A stretch of DNA of 64,000 nucleotides from Bacteroidales bacterium (GCA_038249705.1 JBBSDC010000003.1:766-64765), one strand, 5' to 3'. Positions 40,359 to 50,581 are shown, numbered from the stretch's first letter. Notes: generated from the letters alone by a model not told the origin. Made by a program: numbers and translations.

Positions 40359-41399
40359 CTAAGAAATATTTCCGTGTTCCTGTGCCACTTTCAATATTAC
40401 TTCCGCATGTACTTCAACACTTCCTGATGACAAAGGTATTTTTACAATTTTACGCACAGGTCGGCGGGTAAGCGCATTTTCGTAAAGTTTATCGTAATAG
40501 GCTAAGGTCAGGTCAGCAACTTTTTCGAAATCACCATTTTGCAATGCCAGCAATGCTTCACGCGATTGATAGGAACCCATGAAATTTGCCAGATGCTCCA
40601 GAATAGCCTGAAGTTCCGACTTTTCGAAGCAAGCGTATTCGTCAACAAGTCTTTTGATACGGTCAGGTTTGGGTACATCAATAAAGAAAAGAACTCCGTT
40701 AAGCATGGCTGCCCTGAAAGTATCCGGCAAATAAATACTGCCAATACTCATACTTTCATGTTCCAGCCAAAGTGGTTTTAAAGGCTCAAGTTCAGCCCAT
40801 TGCTGATAGAGATTATTTTCGAACTGTTCGGTAGTTGGTTGAGTATGTTGGCCAAGATGCCCGAAATTAGAACCTTTATGATTTGCAAGTGATTCAAGAT
40901 CAATGATCTGATGATCTGCACGGCCTATTGCATTCAGAATGGCTGTTTTTCCTGATCCGGTATATCCTCCGATTAAAAATAAAGGCCGCCCTGTGGAAAA
41001 CTGCTTCCTGATATATCCACGATAAGCTTTATAACCGCCTTCCAATAAAAAAACTTTGTAACCAGCTTCGGAGTAGAATGCCGCAATTTTCGCACTGCGC
41101 ATGCCACCGCGCCAGCAATGCAAGAGCATTTGCTTTTCAGGAACACTTTCGCAGATAGCATTCAGATAGTAATCCGTTTTTTCGCCGGCAATAGATTTAC
41201 CAAGTTCGACGGCCTGTTCCTTTCCAATTTTCACATAAGTTGTTCCAACTCTGGCTCTTTCGTCATTATCAAAAATGGGAATATTATACGCAGCAGGAAT
41301 ATGCCCCTGCAGAAATTCGCCGGGTGAGCGCACATCAATAACAGGAAGACGAAGCGCCAGGAGTAAAAAATGTTCGGGAGAAAGGATTTCGGGTAACAA
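40359..41399 (-). CDS. selU: tRNA 2-selenouridine synthase (SelU/MnmH/YbbB)
   Basis: It has a rhodanese domain with HCWRGGMRS and a P-loop (GGYTGSGKT). The length of 346 aa fits. The start appears to be TTG, as no ATG is in frame. Confidence 0.85.
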   Translation of the reverse strand: MLPEILSPEHFLLLALRLPVIDVRSPGEFLQGHIPAAYNIPIFDNDERARVGTTYVKIGKEQAVELGKSIAGEKTDYYLNAICESVPEKQMLLHCWRGGMRSAKIAAFYSEAGYKVFLLEGGYKAYRGYIRKQFSTGRPLFLIGGYTGSGKTAILNAIGRADHQIIDLESLANHKGSNFGHLGQHTQPTTEQFENNLYQQWAELEPLKPLWLEHESMSIGSIYLPDTFRAAMLNGVLFFIDVPKPDRIKRLVDEYACFEKSELQAILEHLANFMGSYQSREALLALQNGDFEKVADLTLAYYDKLYENALTRRPVRKIVKIPLSSGSVEVHAEVILKVAQEHGNIS

Positions 41400-41402
41400 A
41401 AT

Positions 41403-41458
41403 GATTGGGGATTTGGGATTGCGGATTGCGGATTGCGGATTGCGGATTTGGGATTAAA
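41403..41458. repeat. heptanucleotide tandem repeat (GATTNNG)x8, with four perfect GATTGCG units at 41417..41444
   Basis: Read directly. It fills the entire spacer between the helicase stop (41454..41456) and the selU TTG start (41399). Confidence 0.9.
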
Positions 41459-44400
41459 GGTTTTCCACGGTAACATTTTCATTAATATAAACCAGGAGTT
41501 TTCTGATACCTGAATATCCCATTTGCATAAGTAAATCGCCATAATTATCTAACTGCTTACGGTGTTTTTCTTCCGGCATACCGGTTTTAAATTCCATAAT
41601 AATAGTTTCATCTTGGTAAAAAACAACACGGTCGGGTCGATAAACGTTTCCATCCGGAGTCAAAATTCCCGCTTCGGGCTTTAATTCAACATTTTCACTG
41701 AAATATTCCTTTAATAAATCATGATTCATTGTTGATTCAACCCGTTGATGCAGTGAAAGTTTTTCCTCTTCATCCAACAGGTTAGCCGCTGCCTGAAAAT
41801 CAATCACAGCCGAAATATCAGCCTTTGTTCTTACAGCAGCCAGTGTATCATGTATCAATGTTCCCCAGGCTTGCTTGTTTTTAGCAGGATCGGTACTCCA
41901 GTAAACCGGTGCGCGACGTGCAATCCGGATACGACCCTGCCACGGTGAGGAAATCATTCCTTCTTTAAACAAATTACCTGTAAGCAACTTTATGGTCTTT
42001 TTTGCTTCGTATTCATCTATTCCTCTATTAAAAACGTTGTTTTCCTGATTCCAGCTTTCGAGGTTCGCTTCAATATATTGTTTCAGCAGGTTGGGCAGAT
42101 TATTGGCATCGCCATTCCCCGGTTCGCGGGTTATTACATACAATCGCTCAGCCGGGCGGGTAAATGCTACGTATATAAGGTTAATCATATCCAGCAACGA
42201 ACTGTTACGCTCTTTCTGGTATTGATCCGCATAGCCAACTTCCTCCATGCCGGTGCCGGTTTGCAACAAAGCCACAGGCAATCCGGGAATCAAATCTTCA
42301 TCCAGATCGACCCAAAGCTGATCGAAAGTAGTTTTATGCTTTTCGGTAGCCATAGGCCAGATAACAACCGGAAATTCCAGCCCTTTCGATTTATGAATGG
42401 TCATAATCCGGATGGCATCAATTCCTTCGGGAACCACGACCGAAAGCTTACCTTTCTTTTCGTCCCAAGCATCAAGTAAATCAGACAGGTGTGTGCCTTG
42501 CCTGCCTGAAATTTTGTTCACAAAATCGAGGAAAAACTGAAGATAAATATCATAATCACCGGCATTGAGATCAAAAATCCGGATTACTTCCTCACAAAGA
42601 TCATACAATGGCAAACCACGTAATGCACTAATATTAAACTCTATTCCATTTTCGAGTAACACATTCTCAAGCGAAAAATGTTGCTCTTTCTGCATGGGGA
42701 AATGGCGGATAAGCGAGCTTTTAACCTTTTGGTTATGAATAAGTTCATTTATAATTCCGGCTATAGCCACCAGGTTTTGTGGATTGTTGATGTGTTGCAA
42801 AACGGTGACCACGAAATTCACTTTTGGCGAAGCCGCCAGCAACAGCGCTTCAGCAGAAACTACACTTATGCCTTTCGACATCAGGAAGCGGGCAATAATA
42901 CTTCCTTCGCGGTTCGAACGGGTAAGAATGGCGATATCAGCTTTCGAAAAGCCTTTGTCGTTCAGCTCGTTTACCAGATCAAAAACTTTTGTGATGTTCA
43001 GTTCTTCAAAATCAGCTTTTGAATCGTAAGGAACAAATTCGACAGAAACCAGTCCGCCGCTTTTTCCCGGTGTAGTTTCCTGTTCGTGATCAGTGTAAAT
43101 AGCTTGAAAACCAGCGCTCAACTGTTGCGAAAGAAATCCAAAAAAATCGTTGTTGAAACTAATTATTTCGGGCTGCGAGCGGAAATTACTTTTCAGGATT
43201 TTAGGACTAAAGTTCTCACCCAATGCTTGTTCCGCATCGGCAAAAACTTCTTTTTCATAATTCGCGGGTAACGCAGGAAGCATCATAAACTGCTCAACCT
43301 GACCGTTTCGGAAACGATAAATAGCTTGCTTGCCATCGCCAACCACCAAATTGTAACGCCCGTAAGCCAGCGAATCGCTAATTAATGGCAACAGGTTTTT
43401 CCATTGCAGTTCCGAAGTATCCTGAAATTCGTCAATCAGGTAATTAAAATATTTTTCGCCGGTACGTTCGTAAATAAACGGAACAGGCTCTTTGAGAATA
43501 ATATCTGTAATCCGTTTATTGAACTCCGAAATATGAAGGATCTTTTTCTCGCGGCGGATAGTATCTATTTCCTGTTCCATCGCGTTAAGCACACCGACCT
43601 GAAAAATATTCTGCTCAATCATCCCAAGCAATTTATACCTGGTTATTCCATTTTCAATCAGCGTGTTACACTGCTGAAAATAAGAAGTTAACAGATCAGT
43701 AACGGTACTGATAGCCGATATTTGCCATACAGTTGCTTTACCTGCAATCCATTTATTATCAGTGATGGTTGTTTTAACATAATTATTCGGGCTGCTGATT
43801 TCGCCATTTGCCAGTTTATAGAAGTATGCCCCGATCCCGTTCCTACCCTGGTAAAAAGAAGCATTATCGATACCATTATCCTGAATCAACTTCTTTGCTT
43901 TTTGAGCCGGCGTAATAATGTCGGCTTCAAATCCTTTACGCAATTTGCGGATATCACGGGAAATTTCGAGTAATCGTGCCGGTGAAACCTCGTGTAACTT
44001 ATTGATAAAATGATAGTTTCCTTCCGAAAAAAGAAATCCTGCAGTTTTCTTGATATCTGATTCTATATGAAAACTTTTCTCATCCTCAGCTTTAGCTTCT
44101 GTAAAATCGATAAGGACTTTGGTCAGATCCTCATCTATACCTGCTTTGCTCACGAGCTGATCCACGGCTTCGTCGAGCATCAGGTCGCGGTCCATTTCAA
44201 TTTCGAAATCGACAGGCAAATGAAGATCGTGGGCAAAAGTGCGAATGATCCGCGACACAAAACTATCGATAGTACGCACCGAAAAATCGTCGTACTCATG
44301 CAAAATCCTGATCAAAGCGGCCTGTGCCCGTTTAGTCACTTCTTCGTTTGTAAGGCTGGCGGCCTTTGACAAATCCGGCATCATAAACCTGACAACCGCA

Positions 44401-44621
44401 CCATCGGCAAACTTAACAGGATCAGAGAGTTGTATAAGTCCTTGCACAATACGCTGCTTCATTTCGTTGGCAGCTTTATTGGTAAATGTAATTGCAAGAA
44501 TATGCCTGAAATAATTAGGCGACTGCAGAGCAAGAGTAATATATTCGCGCACCAGTGTATAAGTTTTACCCGAACCGGCTGATGATTTATATACCGAAAA
44601 ATTCTGCTTTGGATTCACCAT
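41454..44621 (-). CDS. UvrD/Rep-type helicase with a C-terminal PD-(D/E)XK nuclease domain (AddA/RecB-like)
   Basis: It has Walker A (SAGSGKTYTL), motif II (LIDEFQDTS) and C-terminal nuclease motifs (RPDRVV...IMEFKTG...QLDNY). Confidence 0.8.
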   Translation of the reverse strand: MVNPKQNFSVYKSSAGSGKTYTLVREYITLALQSPNYFRHILAITFTNKAANEMKQRIVQGLIQLSDPVKFADGAVVRFMMPDLSKAASLTNEEVTKRAQAALIRILHEYDDFSVRTIDSFVSRIIRTFAHDLHLPVDFEIEMDRDLMLDEAVDQLVSKAGIDEDLTKVLIDFTEAKAEDEKSFHIESDIKKTAGFLFSEGNYHFINKLHEVSPARLLEISRDIRKLRKGFEADIITPAQKAKKLIQDNGIDNASFYQGRNGIGAYFYKLANGEISSPNNYVKTTITDNKWIAGKATVWQISAISTVTDLLTSYFQQCNTLIENGITRYKLLGMIEQNIFQVGVLNAMEQEIDTIRREKKILHISEFNKRITDIILKEPVPFIYERTGEKYFNYLIDEFQDTSELQWKNLLPLISDSLAYGRYNLVVGDGKQAIYRFRNGQVEQFMMLPALPANYEKEVFADAEQALGENFSPKILKSNFRSQPEIISFNNDFFGFLSQQLSAGFQAIYTDHEQETTPGKSGGLVSVEFVPYDSKADFEELNITKVFDLVNELNDKGFSKADIAILTRSNREGSIIARFLMSKGISVVSAEALLLAASPKVNFVVTVLQHINNPQNLVAIAGIINELIHNQKVKSSLIRHFPMQKEQHFSLENVLLENGIEFNISALRGLPLYDLCEEVIRIFDLNAGDYDIYLQFFLDFVNKISGRQGTHLSDLLDAWDEKKGKLSVVVPEGIDAIRIMTIHKSKGLEFPVVIWPMATEKHKTTFDQLWVDLDEDLIPGLPVALLQTGTGMEEVGYADQYQKERNSSLLDMINLIYVAFTRPAERLYVITREPGNGDANNLPNLLKQYIEANLESWNQENNVFNRGIDEYEAKKTIKLLTGNLFKEGMISSPWQGRIRIARRAPVYWSTDPAKNKQAWGTLIHDTLAAVRTKADISAVIDFQAAANLLDEEEKLSLHQRVESTMNHDLLKEYFSENVELKPEAGILTPDGNVYRPDRVVFYQDETIIMEFKTGMPEEKHRKQLDNYGDLLMQMGYSGIRKLLVYINENVTVENL

Positions 44622-44747
44622 GCTAAAGTACGCAAATTGTTTGATGAGTAGTTTTGGAAATGATCACAAAAAGCCTGCATTCCCACATAATCTGACTAAG
44701 CAGTAGTTACCAACCTCTGGCAGTAGACAAATCCTAAGAAAAATTTT

Positions 44748-47700
44748 TTATTTATTCGCAGGGGCTTCAGCCGGGGGCAGTTTTGCTTTCTTCCTTTTAA
44801 ACAGATCGTCGAACTTGTTAAATTCCTTACGAAATAAAATACCAACTCCCTGTGTATAAGGAGAATATCCATTAGTAAGTTCGAGTGAGCTATTGGTTCG
44901 GTTAAATCCTTTCACCCTAAACCTGCCATCTTCAGTAATTTTTACTTCAATCAGCACATCGCCAATAAACTGATTGGACTGGTTTGAAGAATTATAGGAA
45001 TTGCCCACTGCACCATCAATTGTAACCCGGTTATCGAATAATTGAGTGGAAAGAGCCAGTTCCAGTTCCTGAGGTGTAAGCTGATCGCCGGGACGGTAGT
45101 TTACGCCGATATCAAAATCTTTCGAGATTTTTGAAAGCAAACTACTTAGTTGAGCGCTTAAAATTTCGTAGGACGATAGACCTAACGATGCTCCTGATGA
45201 AGAGATTCCTGAAGAAGAACTGAACGTATTCAGCACGAGTAACGAAATCATCTGTTGATTCATTTCGAGGGCATTACTTGTGTCGATCAAACTAAAAACC
45301 TGGCGTTTCATATCCTCGCTTGCATCAGGCAATGCAATGGAAAACCTGATATCAGGATTATACAGGTTGTTGGAAAGATTGATTATACAATTCACATTTA
45401 CGCGTGTACCTTTATATTCGGGTTGCACATTGAGGCCCACCAGCGATGTTTTTACCCTATAAATGGCCTGGAGGTTGATATCTGAATCGTATGGACTTCC
45501 GTTAAACGTAATAAAACCACCTTTTTCAATTGCAAAATCCTTTTTAAGAATATTTTCAAAATTGAACATAAAATTCCCATTGTCCATTTTATATTGGCCA
45601 AACATCGAATATTCGCCACGTGTATCAATGCCCATGTTTATCATTCCGCTGCCACGAACATCAATAGTACCCATCTGGTAAGGGAGAATGATCCCTATAT
45701 CGGCGTAGCGGGTAACATCAAGACCAAGCTGCAGCGAAAGCACAGAAGGAACGTCAGGCGTTACCGTAATTTTCGCCTTTTCGGTATCTTCATTTTCTCG
45801 ATACCTGATAAAACTATTTTGCGATATGCTCCGCGAAAAACTAATAGGGATAAACACGCTTGTTCCTCTATCAGAGGTAACATTAGCCTTTAAAACGAGA
45901 TTGTTAACAGGGCCTTTCAGCGTCATAGTGCCGGTTGCTTTTGCTCTGCCATAATACATTTCCAAAGGGCTGTATGGCGTATTGAGAGCAGCAAGGTTTT
46001 CCGCTTTCAGATTTATATCCAGTGCCCAAGCCGAAAACGCTTTGTGATGGATATTTCCTGAAACGATACCTGTACCGAAAGTTGAGTCGCGAATAATAAT
46101 ATCCTTGAACCACATTAAATCCTTGTCGAAATTAAAATTTCCGGTAAAAGAATAAGAAGTCCGGAGGTAATCGACGAGCAATTCGGTACGCATGAGATCA
46201 AGTTTGCCTTTTAGCACGGGATTCGAAAAATCGCCTGTAAGTGTCATAACTCCGGAGGCATATCCACGCATACGCGAAAAAATACTGGCAAGAAAAGGCT
46301 CTATAGTCTTAATTTTCAGGTTATCAACTTCAATATTCAGGTCAAAATTATTATGTTCCCTTTCAGGATATATATTCCCGATTACTCTTATTGGATAATG
46401 AGTTGACACATTACCGACGTAAATAACCTGCAAATCAACAGCCAGCAGACTGTTGCGATTATCCCATTCACTTTTAATGGATGCATCGCCTAAACTTTCG
46501 TGGTTAAAACCAAACTTGGAAATTGTAATATCCGATGTTATTAATGGAACCGCATAAAGATCAGAAACACTAACAGTTCCATCAAGAAAACCATCAAGGT
46601 CAATGCCAATTTCCTTTGTGAGAACATCTAAATTAGAAAGGTTAAATCCTTCCATTTTTAATGTGAGGGTATTTAATGGATCACGCGAAGCAATGCCATT
46701 GATAACTATCTGGCGATTGTTGTTGATAAAGCCAAAATTCCGGGCTTCGAAATATGTAGAATCAAGTACAACCACGTTACCGGGAATTGCGGTCCAAAGC
46801 GTATCATTAATCATTATTTCCGCCTTATCAATTTCCAAAACGAGTCGGGGATTTTGTTCAAATGAAAGTGAGCCTGCTATTTCAGATTTATTATGATCTG
46901 TTTCTGCCAGGTCATTCCATCCGAACCCGAAACGAACAATATCATCGGATACAGTGGCCGAAAATTTGAATTGTTCTATTTTTTTTGACGCATAACCGGC
47001 ATCTTCGTTTGCAGAACCATCAATCTGACTGGATTCCATAAGTACATTGAGCTTTTTGTCGGATGAATTGCCAAGTAATGACCAGTTACGCAGCGCAATT
47101 CCGCTTACAACTATAAGTGGCGAACGTGCGTTAATATTTACCAGTTTCAGAGCAGGATCAAAAGATCCGGAAACTACTGTACTGTTGTGAATTTTAATCC
47201 AGGGGGCAAACATTTCGGTTATAAGGCCGGTATTATGGAGATGGATTGTATAGTCGAAACTACCTGTGTTCTCACGTTGGATAGGAGTTTCGGATTTGGC
47301 CAACGATGGCAGAAAATCAGTGAAAACCAACGTCAGATAATCAGCCATATCGTCGAAAGTATACTGTCCGGTAAACACAGCATCGGCAAAATCGCTGTTA
47401 AGCTGCATACGTTTACCATTATTTCCGAGTGCGACTGTCATTACTGACAATTCTTTCATAATCAGTGTCCGATCACCTTTTTTGAAGCTGGTATTATCGA
47501 AACGCAAAGTTCCTGTAAGGTTATCGAGTGTATTGCCCTGAAATTTAAAATCAGTATTTGTTGAAAGAATAGCAATTGAATCGCCGGTAATCAGATTGAG
47601 CTTAGCCAGGTTAGCTTTTTTTATTTCGGCCTGAAAATCAAAAGCCGGCAGCTGGCCCGATAAATCAACCGAACCAAAAAAGTCGAGTCCCAATAAATCA

Positions 47701-49151
47701 TCGTTAATAAATACGCCACCGGTAAATTTCTTGCTTTTAAATTCGCCATCGATATTAATTAAGCCATAGGTATTACCATCGTATTGCAGATCAGTAATTT
47801 CCCCTTTAAATTCGAGGTTGGCTTTATCAAACGAAAAGTTCTGTCCTTTAATGGCCGCATAAACATTAAGTGTTCCTAATTTATTGACATCGAGAAATTT
47901 GCCTGCATTAAACGATTCTAAAAGTATTTTCCCGTCATACTCATAATTATGAGTAGCCTTATTATCAATAAGCAGAAGATCGGTTGTTAGCTGTCCTACA
48001 TCGGTAATGAATGTAGCTTTTGAAACAAAATCGTTGTAAAAACCTGTAAATCGTCCGTTTACTTTAACGTTTCCGAGGCTGGCTAATTGTACAGGAAGAA
48101 TAATGGTATTTACGCTATCCGAATACGGAAGTGTAAATGATTGTATATCTGTAACATTGGTATATAATTTATCAATTTTAAGGTTCACGAATGTTTCTTC
48201 TATATCAGGAAGTCCGTTGAGCTGAAAATTACCCTTAAATGAAGTATTTTTCCCAAAAGTAAATTGAAAATCCCTGGCAGAGAAGGAAGAAACTGTTCCT
48301 CTGACTTTACCCGAAAAATCAATGATATTGTCCATCCCTTCCACATCACTTGCAAATGAAACAATATCGCGCATATCAAGCTGCGAAGGCTCAATATTAG
48401 CTGTAATCTTAACACTATCAATAAAATAGCTAAATGCATCGAACGAATTAAATTCAAAATTGAGGTCGAGCGATAACCTGCTTTTTCCTGTCGTGATCCG
48501 TAACATTTCGGCATTTATTCCTCTGGGGCATACTATAGCCTGAGTAGAAAAGTCATTAAGCGAAAAACCACTTTTTTCCATACAGGTTAATTGCCTGAAC
48601 TCAGCAATAACACTATCTCCCTGAAGAGAAATATTTCGCACTTCGAGGTTAAGGTTCGAAAAATCCATATCCGAGAAGTCGATGCCAACAAGGGGCTTCA
48701 TATAACGCTCATCGCGAAAAGCAAAATGTGAATCTATGATTTTCAGATTATTACATTTCAACATCCAGACCTCAGAGGGCGTTGTATCAACCGTAGAAGA
48801 AGCAAAATGATCGAGAATAAACTGCAGATTAAGAGCACTATCGGTCTTATATTGAATAAGATTAATATCGGCTTTGGTTAACGAAATTTCGTTTAAATGA
48901 AGCTTATGGTTTTTAAAATCGATAGATTTAACATCAGCTCTGATTTTTTTTGATTGAATAAGCACATTGTTATGCCTGTCAACAATTTTAATATCTGTAA
49001 TTACCGCTTCGAGGAACCAGTTCAGGCGGAAATTTCCGATAACTACCTCCGTTTGAAGTTCACCGGAAAGCATTTTTGCTACCTGGTGCGCCAGGACTGA
49101 CTGAACCGGGCCCGCGCGCAGCAGCATAAAACCGGCCAGTGGCGTAAGCAA
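44748..49151 (-). CDS. tamB: translocation and assembly module protein TamB (AsmA-like)
   Basis: 1467 aa of repetitive beta-rich sequence with a C-terminal DUF490-like region, divergent from tsaD as in other Bacteroidetes. The start is uncertain: TTG at 49151, and the TM anchor codons extend upstream without an ATG. Confidence 0.75.
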   Translation of the reverse strand: MLTPLAGFMLLRAGPVQSVLAHQVAKMLSGELQTEVVIGNFRLNWFLEAVITDIKIVDRHNNVLIQSKKIRADVKSIDFKNHKLHLNEISLTKADINLIQYKTDSALNLQFILDHFASSTVDTTPSEVWMLKCNNLKIIDSHFAFRDERYMKPLVGIDFSDMDFSNLNLEVRNISLQGDSVIAEFRQLTCMEKSGFSLNDFSTQAIVCPRGINAEMLRITTGKSRLSLDLNFEFNSFDAFSYFIDSVKITANIEPSQLDMRDIVSFASDVEGMDNIIDFSGKVRGTVSSFSARDFQFTFGKNTSFKGNFQLNGLPDIEETFVNLKIDKLYTNVTDIQSFTLPYSDSVNTIILPVQLASLGNVKVNGRFTGFYNDFVSKATFITDVGQLTTDLLLIDNKATHNYEYDGKILLESFNAGKFLDVNKLGTLNVYAAIKGQNFSFDKANLEFKGEITDLQYDGNTYGLINIDGEFKSKKFTGGVFINDDLLGLDFFGSVDLSGQLPAFDFQAEIKKANLAKLNLITGDSIAILSTNTDFKFQGNTLDNLTGTLRFDNTSFKKGDRTLIMKELSVMTVALGNNGKRMQLNSDFADAVFTGQYTFDDMADYLTLVFTDFLPSLAKSETPIQRENTGSFDYTIHLHNTGLITEMFAPWIKIHNSTVVSGSFDPALKLVNINARSPLIVVSGIALRNWSLLGNSSDKKLNVLMESSQIDGSANEDAGYASKKIEQFKFSATVSDDIVRFGFGWNDLAETDHNKSEIAGSLSFEQNPRLVLEIDKAEIMINDTLWTAIPGNVVVLDSTYFEARNFGFINNNRQIVINGIASRDPLNTLTLKMEGFNLSNLDVLTKEIGIDLDGFLDGTVSVSDLYAVPLITSDITISKFGFNHESLGDASIKSEWDNRNSLLAVDLQVIYVGNVSTHYPIRVIGNIYPEREHNNFDLNIEVDNLKIKTIEPFLASIFSRMRGYASGVMTLTGDFSNPVLKGKLDLMRTELLVDYLRTSYSFTGNFNFDKDLMWFKDIIIRDSTFGTGIVSGNIHHKAFSAWALDINLKAENLAALNTPYSPLEMYYGRAKATGTMTLKGPVNNLVLKANVTSDRGTSVFIPISFSRSISQNSFIRYRENEDTEKAKITVTPDVPSVLSLQLGLDVTRYADIGIILPYQMGTIDVRGSGMINMGIDTRGEYSMFGQYKMDNGNFMFNFENILKKDFAIEKGGFITFNGSPYDSDINLQAIYRVKTSLVGLNVQPEYKGTRVNVNCIINLSNNLYNPDIRFSIALPDASEDMKRQVFSLIDTSNALEMNQQMISLLVLNTFSSSSGISSSGASLGLSSYEILSAQLSSLLSKISKDFDIGVNYRPGDQLTPQELELALSTQLFDNRVTIDGAVGNSYNSSNQSNQFIGDVLIEVKITEDGRFRVKGFNRTNSSLELTNGYSPYTQGVGILFRKEFNKFDDLFKRKKAKLPPAEAPANK

Positions 49152-49283
49152 CAGTGACAGAACTATAGCGAGTAATATGCTAACTGGTTTTTTGATACTT
49201 TTGCAGTTTAAATCGTGATACTAATTTTCGTTTGGTAAAGGTAAATTTTGTACTTATACCAGACAGTAACTTTGATTAAATTT

Positions 49284-50303
49284 ATGTCAGTATATATCCT
49301 TGGTATTGAATCGTCATGCGACGATACTTCAGCAGCAGTGCTGATGAACAACGTAGTACTCTCCAACATTATTGCCAACCAGGAGGTGCATAAGGACTTC
49401 GGTGGTGTGGTGCCTGAACTTGCATCGCGGGCACATCAGCAAAATATTATTCCTGTTATCGACAAGGCTCTCAAGCTTGCAAATATACGAAAAACTGATC
49501 TCAATGCGATAGCGTTTACCCGTGGACCGGGATTGCTGGGATCGTTGCTGGTAGGAACTTCTTTTGCCAAATCTTTTTCGCTCGGACTAAATATTCCGCT
49601 TATTGAAATTAACCACCTGAAAGCTCATATTCTTGCGCATTTTATTACGCAGCCAGGTAAAGAAAAAACATTGCCTGAATTTCCTTTTTTATGCCTTACT
49701 GTTTCGGGCGGTCATACTCAGATAGTGAAAGTAAAAGGATATAACGAAATGGAAATAATAGGCCAAACCATTGACGATGCTGCCGGCGAAGCATTTGATA
49801 AGTCGGCAAAAATATTAGGACTCGAATATCCTGGCGGACCATTGATTGATAAATATGCCAAAGAAGGAAACCCTGATGCTTTCGCTTTCGCAAAAACCAA
49901 TATTCAGGGTCTCGATTTCAGTTTCAGCGGGTTAAAAACATCTTTTCTGTATTTCCTGAGGGATAATCTCAAAAAGGATAGTTTGTTTATTCAAAACAAC
50001 CTGGCTGATTTATGTGCTTCAATGCAATCGGCAATTATTACTACTTTAATGGCAAAACTAAAACTGGCAAGCCAGCAGACCGGAATTACAGAAATTGCGA
50101 TCGCTGGCGGAGTTTCGGCCAATTCAGGCTTGCGCAAAGCGGTTTCCGACATGCAGCAAACAGCTGGATGGAAAGTGCATATTCCTGAATTTCAATTTAC
50201 TACCGATAATGCGGCTATGATTGCGGTAGCCGGGTATTATAAATTCCTCGATGGCACGTTTGCCGAACAATCGGTAACGCCTTATTCCAGAGGAGGAATT
50301 TAG
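49284..50303 (+). CDS. tsaD: tRNA N6-adenosine threonylcarbamoyltransferase
   Basis: ILGIESSCDDTSAAV, VPELASRAHQ, LTVSGGHTQ and the GGVSAN motifs are present. The internal ATG at 49284 gives the canonical N-terminus. Confidence 0.9.
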   Translation: MSVYILGIESSCDDTSAAVLMNNVVLSNIIANQEVHKDFGGVVPELASRAHQQNIIPVIDKALKLANIRKTDLNAIAFTRGPGLLGSLLVGTSFAKSFSLGLNIPLIEINHLKAHILAHFITQPGKEKTLPEFPFLCLTVSGGHTQIVKVKGYNEMEIIGQTIDDAAGEAFDKSAKILGLEYPGGPLIDKYAKEGNPDAFAFAKTNIQGLDFSFSGLKTSFLYFLRDNLKKDSLFIQNNLADLCASMQSAIITTLMAKLKLASQQTGITEIAIAGGVSANSGLRKAVSDMQQTAGWKVHIPEFQFTTDNAAMIAVAGYYKFLDGTFAEQSVTPYSRGGI

Positions 50304-50581
50304 CGGTAAAGGCAGAGATAGGTAGTATCCGTTTCTGTTTTTACTTTGAAAGTCACTCCTTTTTCAACCCTGAAAGTATCGAAAGGTTTGTATGCTTTCC
50401 AATCCGTTTCGCCGGGTTGCATAACATGCAGTTCACCGGAGGTAACAGTCATAAATTCAACTGATGAAGTTCCGAAATTGTATTCGCCGGCAGCCATTAC
50501 ACCAATAGTAGCAGGGCCATCAGGCATTTCGAAAGCAATAGATTTTACATTTCCATCAAAGTATTCGTTGGTTTTAAACAT
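50300..50581 (-). CDS. ppnP: pyrimidine/purine nucleoside phosphorylase PpnP (DUF1255)
   Basis: 93 aa. MFKTNEYFDGNVKSIAF...GEYNFGT matches the YaiE/PpnP family. Confidence 0.8.
   Translation of the reverse strand: MFKTNEYFDGNVKSIAFEMPDGPATIGVMAAGEYNFGTSSVEFMTVTSGELHVMQPGETDWKAYKPFDTFRVEKGVTFKVKTETDTTYLCLYR

Noticed and set aside
40247-41458. Considered whether the short repeats could be a CRISPR array.
   Set aside because: The units are 7 bp (or 15 bp) without unique spacers of 25-40 bp, and no cas genes are nearby. They are microsatellite-type repeats.
41231-41542. 103-aa minus-strand ORF reading through the heptamer repeat (..AIRNPQSAIPNPQS..).
   Set aside because: It overlaps both the helicase 3' end and the selU 5' end out of frame. 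It is open only because the repeat lacks stop codons.
41454-44621. Considered whether the UvrD/PD-(D/E)XK helicase-nuclease could be part of a defence system or an AddAB pair.
   Set aside because: No AddB-like partner, methylase, or other defence-associated gene is adjacent, and its neighbours are tamB and selU. It looks like a stand-alone repair helicase-nuclease. Its partner may be encoded elsewhere.
50300-50303. Convergent tsaD and ppnP genes overlap at their stop codons (TTAG), leaving no intergenic terminator.
   Set aside because: The observation is real, but this is a common compact-genome arrangement and not informative by itself.
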